64,000 nucleotides of DNA from the NCBI GenBank assembly GCA_963836235.1, contig CAWIIP010000002.1, positions 1,312,001-1,376,000 of the forward strand, given 5' to 3'. Below the pieces are notes generated by a model. It was not told where the DNA came from, searched no databases, and saw only the letters and a program-made list of their open reading frames with translations. Of the stretch, positions 31,325 through 42,233 are shown one piece after another (position 1 is the first letter of the stretch; every line of letters begins with the position of its first letter). The stretch comes from an uncultured Pseudomonadota bacterium (GTDB lineage: Bacteria > Oederibacteriota > Muellerivitia > Muellerivitales > Muellerivitaceae). The translations under genes and the position numbers were made by a program.

Positions 31325-32377
31325 TCACATCGGTAAAGTAAATCCGGCTTCGACGGGAACATAAGACAAGCTTCCCCCCGTGGTCGTGGTTTGGTTCGTG
31401 CCCGTATAGGGATTATAAGTGGTGCTGCTGTTGATGCCGCCGAAGACCAAGGATATTTTGGCCTGAATAAAAAAGGCGGCTTCCTCGCCCAAGGGAATGC
31501 TGACTCCTCCCCCGAACGCGAGCATGGGATCGAAGCCGAAAGAGCTGCCTGAAGAATAGCCGCTCCCACCCGTCGTCAGACCGATGAGGGCGTTTAAGCC
31601 GCCTCCCCCGAACAGGTAAGGCCGGATTCCCTTTTGGCCGAAGGAATATTTTCCAAGTAAAAGCCCTTCCGTGAAAAACTGCAGATTCGTGATATTGCCA
31701 TAAAGCGTTGGGTAGCTGGAACTAAAGAAATAAACGTTTGAACCCAGACCAATGGAAAAATTCCGACTGACGGGGAAATAATAAGTGGAACCCAGGCCGA
31801 AGCCAGTTTCTCCCCCATAAAAAGCGACTCCCAAATTGACATCCACCAAGTTGCGGTCATGGCTGTGACCGGCGGTCCAGGAATTGGATTCGGCGGGATT
31901 ATTGGGGTCGTTGGGAGCCGGAGCCGCCGTCTGGGTGTCGCCCGCTGTATAGGCGTTATTCGGGCTGGATAAAACATCCTGGGCGATGCCGGAAGCGTTG
32001 CCGGAGGAATTAGGGGAATTCGAAGGCGGTGGAGGGGCGCTTCCCAATTGGGCCCGGAGAGCCTGGTCGAAACTTACGAGCTGGGGGTTTTGGGGGTTCA
32101 AGGCTAGGGATTTATCGTAGGAAGCCAAAGCATCCGGCTTTTGTCCCATCGCGTATTGGCAGTTGCCGAGGCCCTGATAGGCCGCCGCGTTGTTGGGATC
32201 GATCTGAATGGCCGCCTTGTAATAGGAAATCGCCTTGTTGTAGTCCTTCGTGATATAGATCTGGTTGGCATAGCTTAGATATTGGCCGGAAGTGGCTTGG
32301 GCATGGACCCGTTGAACAGACAGGGAGGATGAAAAAAGAATAAAAAATAAAATCGTTTTTTAAAACCCACGCTTCAT
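31325..32377 (-). pseudogene. TPR plus outer-membrane beta-barrel protein with in-frame TAA at codon 6
   Basis: GGAGG RBS, ATG 32377 MKRGF*KTILFF..signal peptide..TPR, in frame with ORF 31325-32149. Confidence 0.75.
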
Positions 32378-32529
32378 ACAAGCCTCCATAAATCCAATGG
32401 ATAGAATGCCTAAAAGAAATACCATCTCTCGCAAGGCAGTATATCGATTTGCAATAAAACGACAACTCTTGTGCTGAAAGGCTCTTTAAGGAACGGACAA
32501 AGTGATAAAGCTTTGTTTTAAAGCCTTTT

Positions 32530-33189
32530 TCACCGTCGCAAATAGAGGGTCAGGTCCAAATGGTGGTAATGGTCTATCAGGTGGACATGGGGCACTCCCA
32601 GTTTCCGTCCCAAAGCCACCAATTGCTTGGGGTCCGCCGTGAACCGGTTGGTTTCCTGGATTCCTGCCTCCGCGTTTAACACGTTGAAGGCAACGGCCTT
32701 ACGGGTTTGCCGCAGGACATTGGATAGGATGGCTTTCATATACTTCCAATTATCCCGAACCCTCACATTGAAAACCCCCGATAAGAAGGCGTAATCAAAG
32801 GACCCAGGCCTAAAAGGTCGGCCGATCAAAACCCGGTCCTCAAAATGGGCTTCCGGATAAAGCTTGCGGGCCTCCGCAATGACATTCGGGAATAAATCGA
32901 CACCCGTGTATTCGGTTTTTATTTTATTCTTTTTTAAATAATCCCAAAAAGCCCCTAACCCGCAGCCCACATCGAGGATTTTCGCGCCGTTCAGTTTTCC
33001 TACTCCCGCCAGGGCTTCAAACCGCACCCTCTGGCTATGGGCGCTATTCCATCCCACCCTTTTTTCCGGGGCCTGGTGTCCGTCCAACTGGTCCCGGTAA
33101 TAACGCTCAAGGGCGGAAAGATCGTTCCGGGAGAAACCCGGAAAGTCTTTCAAGTAAAAATGAAGGGATGGGGATCCGGGCTTTTTCAT
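32530..33189 (-). CDS. Class I SAM-dependent methyltransferase
   Basis: VGW...QRVRF, ILDVGCGLG, SGVFN. Confidence 0.88.
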   Translation of the reverse strand: MKKPGSPSLHFYLKDFPGFSRNDLSALERYYRDQLDGHQAPEKRVGWNSAHSQRVRFEALAGVGKLNGAKILDVGCGLGAFWDYLKKNKIKTEYTGVDLFPNVIAEARKLYPEAHFEDRVLIGRPFRPGSFDYAFLSGVFNVRVRDNWKYMKAILSNVLRQTRKAVAFNVLNAEAGIQETNRFTADPKQLVALGRKLGVPHVHLIDHYHHLDLTLYLRR

Positions 33190-33210
33190 GAGGCTGCCAT
33201 TCTAACGCCT

Positions 33211-34044
33211 TCAGCTTTTGAGTCCCTGGTAAAACTCAAGGGTCTTTTGGGCCGCTTCCACCAGGACCGCTGGCGGGCGGGTGAAAGGATGAGAGGCGTT
33301 GAACTTGTGGTTGGCCCCGGCCAGGATGGCCAACTGGGCTTGGGGATGCACCGCCGCCAAGCTTTCCGATTCTTCCGGAAGCACGCTGGTATCTTCCGAA
33401 CCATGGACTAGAAGCACTGGTACTTTTAGGTGATACAGATAGGTCGGAACGTCCCCTTCCTTTCCCCACTTCTCCACGTCCTCCAGAAAATGGGTGGAAT
33501 ACTTCAATAACTGTCCGGTTCGGGAGCTTTCAACGGGCGAGAAACCCTGTTTTCGCCAGGCTTGTTTGACGTCGTAGAGGTAGCGGTTCACCCGAGCGAT
33601 GGAGGCCCAGGTGGCGATGCCCCGAACCGAGGGATGATGAGCGGCGGCCAAAAAACAAACGGCCCCGCCCCGGGAATGGCCCCAAAGAAGAACTTCCTTT
33701 TGCGCGGGCAGGTCGGGTTCCATCTTTCCGGCGGTCACGCAGTCAACCACCGAGCGGAGGTCTTCCACCTGTTGGGTGATGGAGTCCTTTTCGAAGGCTT
33801 CCAGGTCCTCGAATGGCCCGTCGGTTTGGGGCCCCATGCCCGAGCCTGAAAAATTGAATCGGACCGCCGGGAATCCCGCTTCCGCTAGAAAACCAGCGAG
33901 CCATGGAAAAAAGGCCCAATCCTTAAAGCCCAAAAAACCGTGGATCATGATCACCGGCGGACCTTGGATTTTTTCAGGGACTGTCAAAGTCCCCCAAATT
34001 TCCAGTTTTTGGGCGCTCTCAAGGCAAAAATCAATGGTCCGCAA
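33211..34044 (-). CDS. Alpha/beta hydrolase
   Basis: HGFLGFKDW, GHSRGG nucleophile, HGSED, H. Confidence 0.9.
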   Translation of the reverse strand: MRTIDFCLESAQKLEIWGTLTVPEKIQGPPVIMIHGFLGFKDWAFFPWLAGFLAEAGFPAVRFNFSGSGMGPQTDGPFEDLEAFEKDSITQQVEDLRSVVDCVTAGKMEPDLPAQKEVLLWGHSRGGAVCFLAAAHHPSVRGIATWASIARVNRYLYDVKQAWRKQGFSPVESSRTGQLLKYSTHFLEDVEKWGKEGDVPTYLYHLKVPVLLVHGSEDTSVLPEESESLAAVHPQAQLAILAGANHKFNASHPFTRPPAVLVEAAQKTLEFYQGLKS

Positions 34045-34052
34045 AGGAATCT

Positions 34053-34469
34053 CTATTTCTTTTTCAGCAGGTCCCTAATTTCCGTCAGAAGCTCTTCTTC
34101 TTTTGTCGGAGGGGGCGGAGCGGCAGGGGCGGCCTCCGCTTTGCGATGCATGCTATTGATGGCTTTCACCATAAGGAATACCGCGAAGGCAACGATGGTG
34201 AAATCCACTAGGGACTGCATGAAGTTGCCGATGTTGATGGTCACTTCTTGGGCCGCCTTACCCGCCAAATCAATCGCCGGAGCCTTCAGATGGATCTTAA
34301 TGTCGGTGAAATTGATTCCACCGATTAAATATCCCAAAGGCGGCATCAAAACATCCGATACGATGGACGAAACCACTTTCCCGAAGGCCCCCCCGATGAT
34401 GATACCGACCGCCAGGTCAACCATATTTCCCTTCACGGCGAATTCCTTAAACTCTTGCATCATGCCCAT
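34053..34469 (-). CDS. mscL: Large-conductance mechanosensitive channel
   Basis: [32 protein letters not shown]. Confidence 0.97.
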   Translation of the reverse strand: MGMMQEFKEFAVKGNMVDLAVGIIIGGAFGKVVSSIVSDVLMPPLGYLIGGINFTDIKIHLKAPAIDLAGKAAQEVTINIGNFMQSLVDFTIVAFAVFLMVKAINSMHRKAEAAPAAPPPPTKEEELLTEIRDLLKKK

Positions 34470-34499
34470 GACGAACTCCTTTCGAAAGAATCTTTTGTC

Positions 34500-35396
34500 T
34501 TACAAAAGCGAATAGGCGAATCCCAATCCCAGGGTTTCCTTGATTTGAATCCCGTTATAAACCCTGGAGTCGTAACGGAAATCATCTTCCATGTTTAAGC
34601 TGATGATCTTGTTCAGCTTGAAACTCAACAGATTGTCCCATTCCGCCACCGTCAGGCTCAAAGAGCCTCCCGGCCAGAAGGTATCCAACTTGGAATCCAA
34701 ATTGCTGTCGGTAAAAAGCTTGATGTTCAGCTCCGAAACCCAATCCAGTCCCAATTGGGTCAGCTCGCTGGAAGCGAGGCCCGTGCCGGCGTTCACTGAG
34801 TAGGGGATTTCAAACTGGCTGGCCACGGTTTCCTTCACTCCCAAACCGGCCCGGGTATAGAAAAAGGTCGCGGGAGCGTATTTCAAGCCCGCGCTCTCGG
34901 TGAAATAACCGGGGTCCAGGAAGTTCGATATCTCGACCGATGGGGTGGACGAATAGTTGTAACCGGGTCCAAACTGGCTCTGGGCGGAAAAGGAAAGGTA
35001 AGGATTCAATTCCTTCCAGATCTTCCAGGAATAAAGGCTTTCCAAATCAATCGTGTCCGCCGAAATTTGGGTTCCTTGGTTGGCCAAATAGGTCAGCCCG
35101 TATTGAAGCTTGAGGGTGTTGAGCCAGTTGATTCCCGGAGTGTCATTTTCAAACCGGGCGTTTAACCCTGCCTGCCAGGAAATCATGTCGGTTCCTCCCT
35201 GGGCCCAGTTGTTGAAGGAAGCCTGGTTCAGGTTCACGCTGGCGATCACCTGCTTCTTCCAGGTATCGGTGGGCGTGGCCACGGGGCTGGGAGTTAACCC
35301 CGGCGTCGCGGAATCGTCCGCTGTCTTGGCTTCGTCGGCCCAGGCAAAAGACCCGAGTAAAAGCAGCCCTATCAGGGCGAAAAATTGAACTTTCAT
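34500..35396 (-). CDS. DUF3078-like outer-membrane beta-barrel
   Basis: GGAG RBS, NQASFNNWAQGG, SQFGPGY, QIKETLGLGFAY. Confidence 0.75.
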   Translation of the reverse strand: MKVQFFALIGLLLLGSFAWADEAKTADDSATPGLTPSPVATPTDTWKKQVIASVNLNQASFNNWAQGGTDMISWQAGLNARFENDTPGINWLNTLKLQYGLTYLANQGTQISADTIDLESLYSWKIWKELNPYLSFSAQSQFGPGYNYSSTPSVEISNFLDPGYFTESAGLKYAPATFFYTRAGLGVKETVASQFEIPYSVNAGTGLASSELTQLGLDWVSELNIKLFTDSNLDSKLDTFWPGGSLSLTVAEWDNLLSFKLNKIISLNMEDDFRYDSRVYNGIQIKETLGLGFAYSLL

Positions 35397-35488
35397 TTCC
35401 TCTCCTTGAATCAAAAGTGTTTTCCCCGAAAACGGGAAGGGACATAGTAGTGTCAAAGCCTATCGGCTCAAAGAATATTTTTTAATGA

Positions 35489-37627
35489 TTACTGGGAAGT
35501 AAGTTGTTTTAAGGCCGTCCCGGCATCAGTCGTCGGCAATTGGCACTGGAAATTCCTACAGACGTAAACCGTCGGCTGGCCTTTTTGGCTGGGACGCCCC
35601 TGGGTCCAGGGAACAAGAGAACCGAGGGCGTTTCCCAGGCTGTCTTGGGCGAAGACCATGACCTTGTTGGGCAGGTAGGTTTTCCATAGGAGTTGGATCA
35701 TCTTTTGGGAATCCTCCCGAGGTCCCACCACGAAGATTTCCGCCGGGCCGTAGAAGTCGAATTGGAAAGCCTGCAGCATCTTGCTGAAGTTGGACGCCCC
35801 CCGGGCCAAGAGGCCGGAGAAGGCCTTTAGGATGGCGTCGGCGCGGTCCCGGTATTCCTTTTGCCCAGTGAATTCCGCCAGGCGGTAATCGTTCAGGGCC
35901 GCCACCGAGTTGCCCGAGGGGATGACCCCGTCATAGGCTTCCTTGGTGCGGGTCAAAAGCCGGTGGGCGTCCCTCTGGTCGTTTCCCGTAAAGAAGTATC
36001 CTCCCGCTTGATCGTCCCAAAACAACCTCACCATATCCTTTTCCAATTCGATGGCTTTCTTTAAATAAGCGGGATTGAAGGTGCTTTCATACAAATTTAA
36101 CTGGGCTTCCTGAAAGAAAGCGTAATCGTCGATGTAGCCTTGGACGCTGGAAGGTCCCAGCCGGTAGGAAGCCAAGAGACGCCCGTCCATAAAGAGATTG
36201 CGGCTGATGAAATCCGAAGCTTTCTCGGCGGCCTCCAAATATTGTGGGTCCCCCAAAACCTGATAACCATAAGCCAGGGAGGAGATCATAAGGCTGTTCC
36301 AGGCGGTTAAAATTTTATCATCCAAGTGGGGCCGGATTCGCTTTGAGCGTTCCGCCAAGACCTTCTCCCGAGTGGCTTCCCACCACTTCTCGTCCTTCCC
36401 CAGGGCCTTCAAGGATTTCGGTAGGCTTCCTTTTAAGTGAAGAATATTATGCCTCTCGAAATTGCCCCCTTCCGTCACCCCATAGAGCTTGCAAAAATCA
36501 ACGCCGTCATTCTCGCCCAATATTTTTTTCAGTTCAGCCGGGGTCCAAACGTAAAACTTCCCTTCCACCCCCTCGCTGTCGGCGTCCTCGGCGCTGTAAA
36601 AACCGCCTTCCTTGTCCGTCATGTCCCGGAAAAGGTAGGTGAAAATCTCCCGGGCGATCCGCGCGTATTCCTCTTGGCCCGTCACCTGGTAGGCCTCCAG
36701 GTAGGCCCGGGACAGGAGGGCGTTATCGTAGAGCATCTTCTCGAAATGCGGCACCAACCATTCGTCGTCGGTGGAATAGCGGGAAAAACCCCCGCCCACC
36801 TGGTCGTAGATACCGCCCTGGCCCATCTTGTCCAAGGTCAGTTCCACCATGGGCAAGAGGCTCTTATTTCCTGTTTTCTGGTAAACCCGCAGGAGGAACT
36901 GCAGGGCCATCGAAGGAGGAAATTTGGGCGCGCCCCGAAAACCGCCTTCGCGGGAATCGAACCCTTGTTCCAGATTTTGCAGGGCTTCTTTTAAAACCAC
37001 TTCCGTCAGCGGCCCACCCGAGGTGTCTTTATTAGGGTTATTCAGCATCTCCGCCAGTTGCTTTCCCGCCTTTTCCACCTGGTCGGGCTGGGTTTTCCAG
37101 ACCCGGGCGATATCCTCGAGAACCACAGGGAATCCGGGCCTTCCGTAACGGGCGTCAGGCGCGAAATAGGTGCCGCCGTAAAAGGGTTTCAACTCGGGAG
37201 TCAAAAAGACGTTCAGGGGCCAGCCGCCCTGGCCGGTCAGGGCCATGACCGCATTCATGTAGATCTGGTCCACGTCGGGCCGCTCCTCCCGGTCCACCTT
37301 GATGCAGACGAAATTGGCGTTCATGATTTTAGCGATGGCCTCGTTTTCAAAGCTCTCGTGCTCCATCACGTGGCACCAGTGGCAGGTGGAATAGCCGATG
37401 GAAAGGAAGATGGGCTTGTTTTCTTTCTTGGATTTCTCGAAAGCTTCCTCGCCCCAGGGGTACCAATCCACCGGGTTATGGGCATGTTGGAGGAGGTAAG
37501 GGCTTTTCTCGTGGATCAGCCGGTTGGTGTATTCAAAAGAACCGGCGTTATTTTTGGAATCCATCCACCACCCCGTGCCTAGAATTAGAAGTAGGAAAGT
37601 TAATAAGAAGAGAGACTTGTGCTTCAT
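35489..37627 (-). CDS. Thioredoxin-domain/six-hairpin protein (YyaL/DUF255)
   Basis: [32 protein letters not shown]. Confidence 0.93.
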   Translation of the reverse strand: MKHKSLFLLTFLLLILGTGWWMDSKNNAGSFEYTNRLIHEKSPYLLQHAHNPVDWYPWGEEAFEKSKKENKPIFLSIGYSTCHWCHVMEHESFENEAIAKIMNANFVCIKVDREERPDVDQIYMNAVMALTGQGGWPLNVFLTPELKPFYGGTYFAPDARYGRPGFPVVLEDIARVWKTQPDQVEKAGKQLAEMLNNPNKDTSGGPLTEVVLKEALQNLEQGFDSREGGFRGAPKFPPSMALQFLLRVYQKTGNKSLLPMVELTLDKMGQGGIYDQVGGGFSRYSTDDEWLVPHFEKMLYDNALLSRAYLEAYQVTGQEEYARIAREIFTYLFRDMTDKEGGFYSAEDADSEGVEGKFYVWTPAELKKILGENDGVDFCKLYGVTEGGNFERHNILHLKGSLPKSLKALGKDEKWWEATREKVLAERSKRIRPHLDDKILTAWNSLMISSLAYGYQVLGDPQYLEAAEKASDFISRNLFMDGRLLASYRLGPSSVQGYIDDYAFFQEAQLNLYESTFNPAYLKKAIELEKDMVRLFWDDQAGGYFFTGNDQRDAHRLLTRTKEAYDGVIPSGNSVAALNDYRLAEFTGQKEYRDRADAILKAFSGLLARGASNFSKMLQAFQFDFYGPAEIFVVGPREDSQKMIQLLWKTYLPNKVMVFAQDSLGNALGSLVPWTQGRPSQKGQPTVYVCRNFQCQLPTTDAGTALKQLTSQ

Positions 37628-37725
37628 GAGCCGTCAGCTTGCCGGAAAAACGATTTCGAATCAATGGGGAATAGGAGAAGAAAACAAGCGTGCCTTTTTG
37701 CCGAATAGAGGTATCTTAATGGCCT

Positions 37726-38055
37726 ATGGATTTACTTAATTCCGATAAAGTCCTTATTTCACATTTTCTGGATAAGGGTTGTTTTGACCGGGGATTCCAC
37801 GCCCTGGAAAGGGCCGCGGAACGCGGCATTTCCCTTGATGTTGTGATTGAAGTACTGCACCAGTGGGATGTGCTGGAGCATGAATATGATCGAAGGCCTT
37901 TTCCAACCGTTCTGATCATGGGATGGAACGGTCCACAGCCGATTCATGTCGTGGTGGCCGTGGATGAGGACAGGGACTGGGTCTACATTGTTACCGTATA
38001 TGAGCCGGATTTGGACCACTTCGAACCGGGCTTCCGGGTGAGGAAAAAGCCCTGA
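37726..38055 (+). CDS. DUF4258 domain protein
   Basis: HALERAAERGI, PIHVV, IVTVYEPD. Confidence 0.75.
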   Translation: MDLLNSDKVLISHFLDKGCFDRGFHALERAAERGISLDVVIEVLHQWDVLEHEYDRRPFPTVLIMGWNGPQPIHVVVAVDEDRDWVYIVTVYEPDLDHFEPGFRVRKKP

Positions 38056-38089
38056 AAACAAACGGTATCGGAAAAATTTCTTCCCTTTT

Positions 38090-38440
38090 TTAGTCTGCCA
38101 CCACGTTGGTATCAGCCAACTTATCGTGCCAGGTTTGGGCTTGGGAGTCCCAGAGCATCCAGAGGAAGCCCAGGAAGAAGACCGCGAAAGAAAGCACTTT
38201 GCTGATCGCCCGGATAAAGGCCTTTTGGGCGTCCAAGGGCGACCCGGAAACCGTCACCACACGAAGGCCCATGATCTTTTTCCCCACCGTGTATCCGCCC
38301 CACTGGGAAACCAGGAAGGTTTCATAGGCCACCAGCACCAGCATGAATCCGGGGTGCAATAGAAAGAAGCCCAAGGCCCCAAAAACAACAAAATCGATCA
38401 GCTCAGCCAGGAACCTTTGGGAAAAAGTGGCTTTTTTCAT
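38090..38440 (-). CDS. RDD family membrane protein
   Basis: RFLAELID, TVGKKIMGLRVV, WHDKLADT. Confidence 0.9.
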   Translation of the reverse strand: MKKATFSQRFLAELIDFVVFGALGFFLLHPGFMLVLVAYETFLVSQWGGYTVGKKIMGLRVVTVSGSPLDAQKAFIRAISKVLSFAVFFLGFLWMLWDSQAQTWHDKLADTNVVAD

Positions 38441-38991
38441 TTTGTGCTCCTAGATATTTGCCGCAGGGCTTCATATAAAACAATCCCCACCGAAGTAGAG
38501 AGATTGAGGCTTCGGATCGAATCGTCTTTCTGCGGAATACGATACAACTTTTCCTTATACACTTCGTAGAACTTTTTGGGCAGCCCCGCGGTTTCTTTTC
38601 CAAAAATCAGATAGGCGTCTTTAGGAAAGGCGGCGTCCCATAAGGTTTTGGTTCCCTTCGTCGAGAAGAAGAAAAGTGAAACCCTGGGCGGCCCGCTTTT
38701 CATTGAACCACTCTTGGAAATGGAAGCGGGCCATGCCCCACCTTCCTTATGATCGGAGTTTAAATTGGATAGGTGGGGCGATAGGCTTTCCAGGAATTTT
38801 TCCCAGCTGTCATGCCGGTGGAGCTTGACCTTTTCCCAATAATCCAGGCCCGCCCTCTGGACCTGTTGGTTGTCCAGGTGGAACCCCAACCGGCCTACCA
38901 GGTGCAGTTCGGCCCCCGCGCCCAGGCAGGTCCGCCCGATGTTGCCGGTATTCCAGGGTATCTCAGGTTCGATCAGAACGACATGAAACAT
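38437..38991 (-). CDS. trmL: tRNA (cytidine/uridine-34 2'-O)-methyltransferase
   Basis: PEIPWNTGNIGR, RAGLDYW, FGKETAGLP, RSLNLS. Confidence 0.92.
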   Translation of the reverse strand: MFHVVLIEPEIPWNTGNIGRTCLGAGAELHLVGRLGFHLDNQQVQRAGLDYWEKVKLHRHDSWEKFLESLSPHLSNLNSDHKEGGAWPASISKSGSMKSGPPRVSLFFFSTKGTKTLWDAAFPKDAYLIFGKETAGLPKKFYEVYKEKLYRIPQKDDSIRSLNLSTSVGIVLYEALRQISRSTK

Positions 38992-39001
38992 AAAACTCCT
39001 C

Positions 39002-39057
39002 AGCGAATGGTAGTTAGTCCTTGGCCGTTAGCTTATCGCCAAAAGCTATCGGCTGTT
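39002..39057. repeat. Degenerate heptamer tandem repeat (8 units)
   Basis: AGCGAAT GGTAGTT AGTCCTT GGCCGTT AGCTTAT CGCCAAA AGCTATC GGCTGTT. Confidence 0.55.
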
Positions 39058-39647
39058 TATTGTGGCGGGCCATAGGCCGCGTAAAAGGTGTCGCGGGCGT
39101 GGATCTTGTGGCCCGTGGCCGGGTCCGTGGCGACGGTTTCATTGTGGTCATTCCCGAAAAAGCTGAACGTGCGCCGGTGGAGGCGGGGCGGTTTGCGGCC
39201 CTCGGAGGCGTCGATATAAGTCACGACCATGTCGTGAAAACTCTCTACCACCCCCGTGTGGGTGAAAACATCCTTATCGTCGATGTGCCCGTCATGGTTG
39301 ATGTCGTAGGTCTTGTTGAAGATCAGGATATCCCCCGGCTGGATGTCAGCGGCGCGGGCCCGGCGGGTTTTCTGCTGGGTCAGGTAATAATTCAGGTCAT
39401 AGACCAGGTTGTGGTGGTACCGACGGCGGTTCAAGAAGGCATTCATTGAGGGGGAATGGTAGCAGGCCAACACAAAATGGGAGCAGTCGATTTTCCAGTT
39501 GGAGCGGCTGTGGAGGTATTCCTCCGCGTTGTGGATAGCCTCATCCGGGCTGGCCGCTTGGCCCTTTTCCCCCAGCTCATACCGCCCCGGCGCACACCCG
39601 GCAAAAAAACCAGCCACAATTAAAAAAATAAAAATACTATGAATCAT
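39057..39647 (-). CDS. NlpC/P60-CHAP-like lipoprotein
   Basis: Lipobox FAGC, DCSHFV, PGDILIF, HTGVV. Confidence 0.8.
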   Translation of the reverse strand: MIHSIFIFLIVAGFFAGCAPGRYELGEKGQAASPDEAIHNAEEYLHSRSNWKIDCSHFVLACYHSPSMNAFLNRRRYHHNLVYDLNYYLTQQKTRRARAADIQPGDILIFNKTYDINHDGHIDDKDVFTHTGVVESFHDMVVTYIDASEGRKPPRLHRRTFSFFGNDHNETVATDPATGHKIHARDTFYAAYGPPQ

Positions 39648-42214
39648 TTCTTGAATGAACCCCGGTTGCCCTTGGCGATCAGGGCCTGGATGTTAGTGAA
39701 GGCCACGGTCAGGGGCAGGTTGGCCGCAGCCGCCAGGTAGCGCGTGTTCCACTCGGGGCCGAACCTTTCCTTCTCCTTGCGGATATCGGGCAGTTTGGAG
39801 AAATGGGCGTAAGGGGTGAGGATCTCGGCGACCTTGTCCTTGAAAGGCGCCAGGGGGCTCCCCTCCACGTCCAGAGGCGGCGCCGTGCCCAGGTTGAACC
39901 ACTTGAAGCCCTTACCGCTGGCCCAGTCGAAGAGTTCCAATAAAAGATAATCCTCCAGGGCCGCCGGAGCCTCGTGGGAGGACCGCAACAGGTCCACCCC
40001 GATTTCCTCTCCCGAACCACCCTGCATCAGGTTGGCGAAGGCTTCGATTTTTCCTTCCTTGCGCACAATGGCCAGGGGGAAATAGCCCAGATACCTTTCC
40101 TGGAAAAACCCGGCGGAAAATCCCTTCTCGCGGGTTTTGTTCTTGCTCAGCCAGTCCTCGGAAACCTTCTTCAATTCGGGCAGGAGCGGGCCCCAGGATT
40201 TTTCGGGATGAATCTCGAAGGTGTAGTCTTCCTGGTCTTTGAACCGCTGGTAGATGTTTTTTAAGTCCGCCGAGGTTAGGTTTTCCAGGTGAAATCCCTT
40301 CAGCGCCACCCGGGCCTCCTCCCCCGCCTTCATCACCGTCAAACCCATGTCCAGGTAAAGCTGGAAATGCTGCTGGTCCACCAGGTAAAAAAGGGCCCAG
40401 GCGTTTTTGCGGTGGCACATATCCTTGAAACGGATAGCCAGGTCTTCCCTTTCCTTTTCCTCGCCCACCGGGTCGCCCAGCGCGACCCAGCACCTGCCCT
40501 CGATGGCATACATGAGGAAAGCGTCCTCTTTCTTGTTGAAAAGCAAGGCCTTATCCCCCGCCAGAGCCAGGGCCGCCGAGGCCCGCCGTGATTTTTGGAT
40601 GACTTCCAGGGCCCGCCCCAATTCGGCCCCGCCCGGGGTTTCGGTTTCCGGCTGGCTGGGCGACAGGAGATTCAGGATGGAAAAGACCAGCAAAGTGAGG
40701 GTGGCGCCCAAGGTCGAGCGGAGAAACCGGGCCGCGTCTTCCACAATGTCGAAAGTGGTCCAAAGGTCGGAGGAGTAATCCTCATAGCGGTAGTTAAAGA
40801 CCCCCGTCCAAATGGAGCCCAACAGGACGAACAAAACCGCGGTCACCCAGAGGGGCGGATAACGCTGTTGGAAGACGGAATTTCTCCGCGGAAAATACCG
40901 CCCGAAGGGCAAAAGCATGCCGATTACCACCAGGAGGGTGACGGCTTCCTGATAGTCGAAACCCTTGAAGAGGCACCCCAATAGGCCAAACCCCAAAAAG
41001 ATGAGGGTGAAGACATAAGCCGATTGCAGGCGCTGTTGCAGCCCCCGAGCCAGGACCAGCAATCCCGCCGCGACCAACCCCACCAGGAAGTGCGAACTTT
41101 CGATGAAACCCAAAGGCATGAATTCGTTGAGCCAGGTCATCCTCCGGCTGACTTCCGGCATGGCGTTGGAAAAAAGAAGCAGGCTGCCGCTGGCGAAAAT
41201 CAAATAAGAAAAGAAATGGGGCGCGAAGTCGGGCGCGAATCGGTCCAGGATTTGGAGGGCCCGCTTGAAACCTTCCTTGTTCCGGTTGATCTCGTAAAGG
41301 GCGAAGGACGCCATTCCCAGGACGAAGGGGATTAGGTAATAAACCATCCGGAAGGCCAGCATGGCCCCCAGCACGTCGGAAGCCGGCAGGATCGGCGAAA
41401 GCAGTAGCACGACCACCGTCTCTAAGACGCCCAGCCCGCCCGGAACCTGGCTGAGGAACCCAACCATCTGGGCGAGGAGGTAAATGGCAAGAAAAGACGG
41501 AAAGGAAAGGGAATTTTGGGGAAGCAAAAGATAAAGCGCCCCGCCCGAACAGGTCCAATCCAGGCATCCCGCCGCCATCTGGAACAAAGCCAGGCCTACC
41601 GAAGGCGTGGGGAATTGCCACCGGACGATCTTGATGGTTTTCTTGACGAAGACCGCGCTCAGGAGATAGGCCGTGACCACCAGGATGCAAAACAATCCAA
41701 TCGATGCCACCGAGTTGAAGGGCACATGGACCGAAGCTGGAAGCTCGGGGGGTTGGAGGAAGAAAAATATCCCGCCCATGGTGAGGTAACCCACCCAGAA
41801 GGACATACCGCAGATGACCAGCACGTTGGCGGATTCGCCCGCCGTCAGCCCCCAGGCGGAGTAAAGCCGGTAACGGATGCCGCCGCCGGTCAGGAGCGCC
41901 GCCCCGATATTGTGGCTGAAGCTGTAAGCGATGAAGGACGTGAAAGCGATCTTGTAATAGGGAAGGGATTTTTTAATGTGCCTTACCCCGAGCACATCGT
42001 AAAAACCCAGGGCCATGTAACTAAGCAGGGTCATCCCGAAAGCCATGAAAAAATGGCTGAGGGGAATCTGTTTTAGATAGAGAAGGACATCATCGTAGTG
42101 GCTGGCCCGGATTTCCCGGCGCAGCACCCACAAGGCGGCATAGAACAACACCAGCACCGCCAGGATGCTGGCGGTCTGCATAACTTTTTTCCGCGTTTGT
42201 TCAACCTGCTCCAC
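39644..42214 (-). CDS. mprF: Bifunctional aminoacyl-phosphatidylglycerol flippase/synthase
   Basis: GGGIRYRLY, VPGGLGVLE, ALGDPVG, EKGFS, KERFGPEW. Confidence 0.9.
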   Translation of the reverse strand: MEQVEQTRKKVMQTASILAVLVLFYAALWVLRREIRASHYDDVLLYLKQIPLSHFFMAFGMTLLSYMALGFYDVLGVRHIKKSLPYYKIAFTSFIAYSFSHNIGAALLTGGGIRYRLYSAWGLTAGESANVLVICGMSFWVGYLTMGGIFFFLQPPELPASVHVPFNSVASIGLFCILVVTAYLLSAVFVKKTIKIVRWQFPTPSVGLALFQMAAGCLDWTCSGGALYLLLPQNSLSFPSFLAIYLLAQMVGFLSQVPGGLGVLETVVVLLLSPILPASDVLGAMLAFRMVYYLIPFVLGMASFALYEINRNKEGFKRALQILDRFAPDFAPHFFSYLIFASGSLLLFSNAMPEVSRRMTWLNEFMPLGFIESSHFLVGLVAAGLLVLARGLQQRLQSAYVFTLIFLGFGLLGCLFKGFDYQEAVTLLVVIGMLLPFGRYFPRRNSVFQQRYPPLWVTAVLFVLLGSIWTGVFNYRYEDYSSDLWTTFDIVEDAARFLRSTLGATLTLLVFSILNLLSPSQPETETPGGAELGRALEVIQKSRRASAALALAGDKALLFNKKEDAFLMYAIEGRCWVALGDPVGEEKEREDLAIRFKDMCHRKNAWALFYLVDQQHFQLYLDMGLTVMKAGEEARVALKGFHLENLTSADLKNIYQRFKDQEDYTFEIHPEKSWGPLLPELKKVSEDWLSKNKTREKGFSAGFFQERYLGYFPLAIVRKEGKIEAFANLMQGGSGEEIGVDLLRSSHEAPAALEDYLLLELFDWASGKGFKWFNLGTAPPLDVEGSPLAPFKDKVAEILTPYAHFSKLPDIRKEKERFGPEWNTRYLAAAANLPLTVAFTNIQALIAKGNRGSFKK

Positions 42215-42233
42215 AGAATTTCCTTAATGACTT

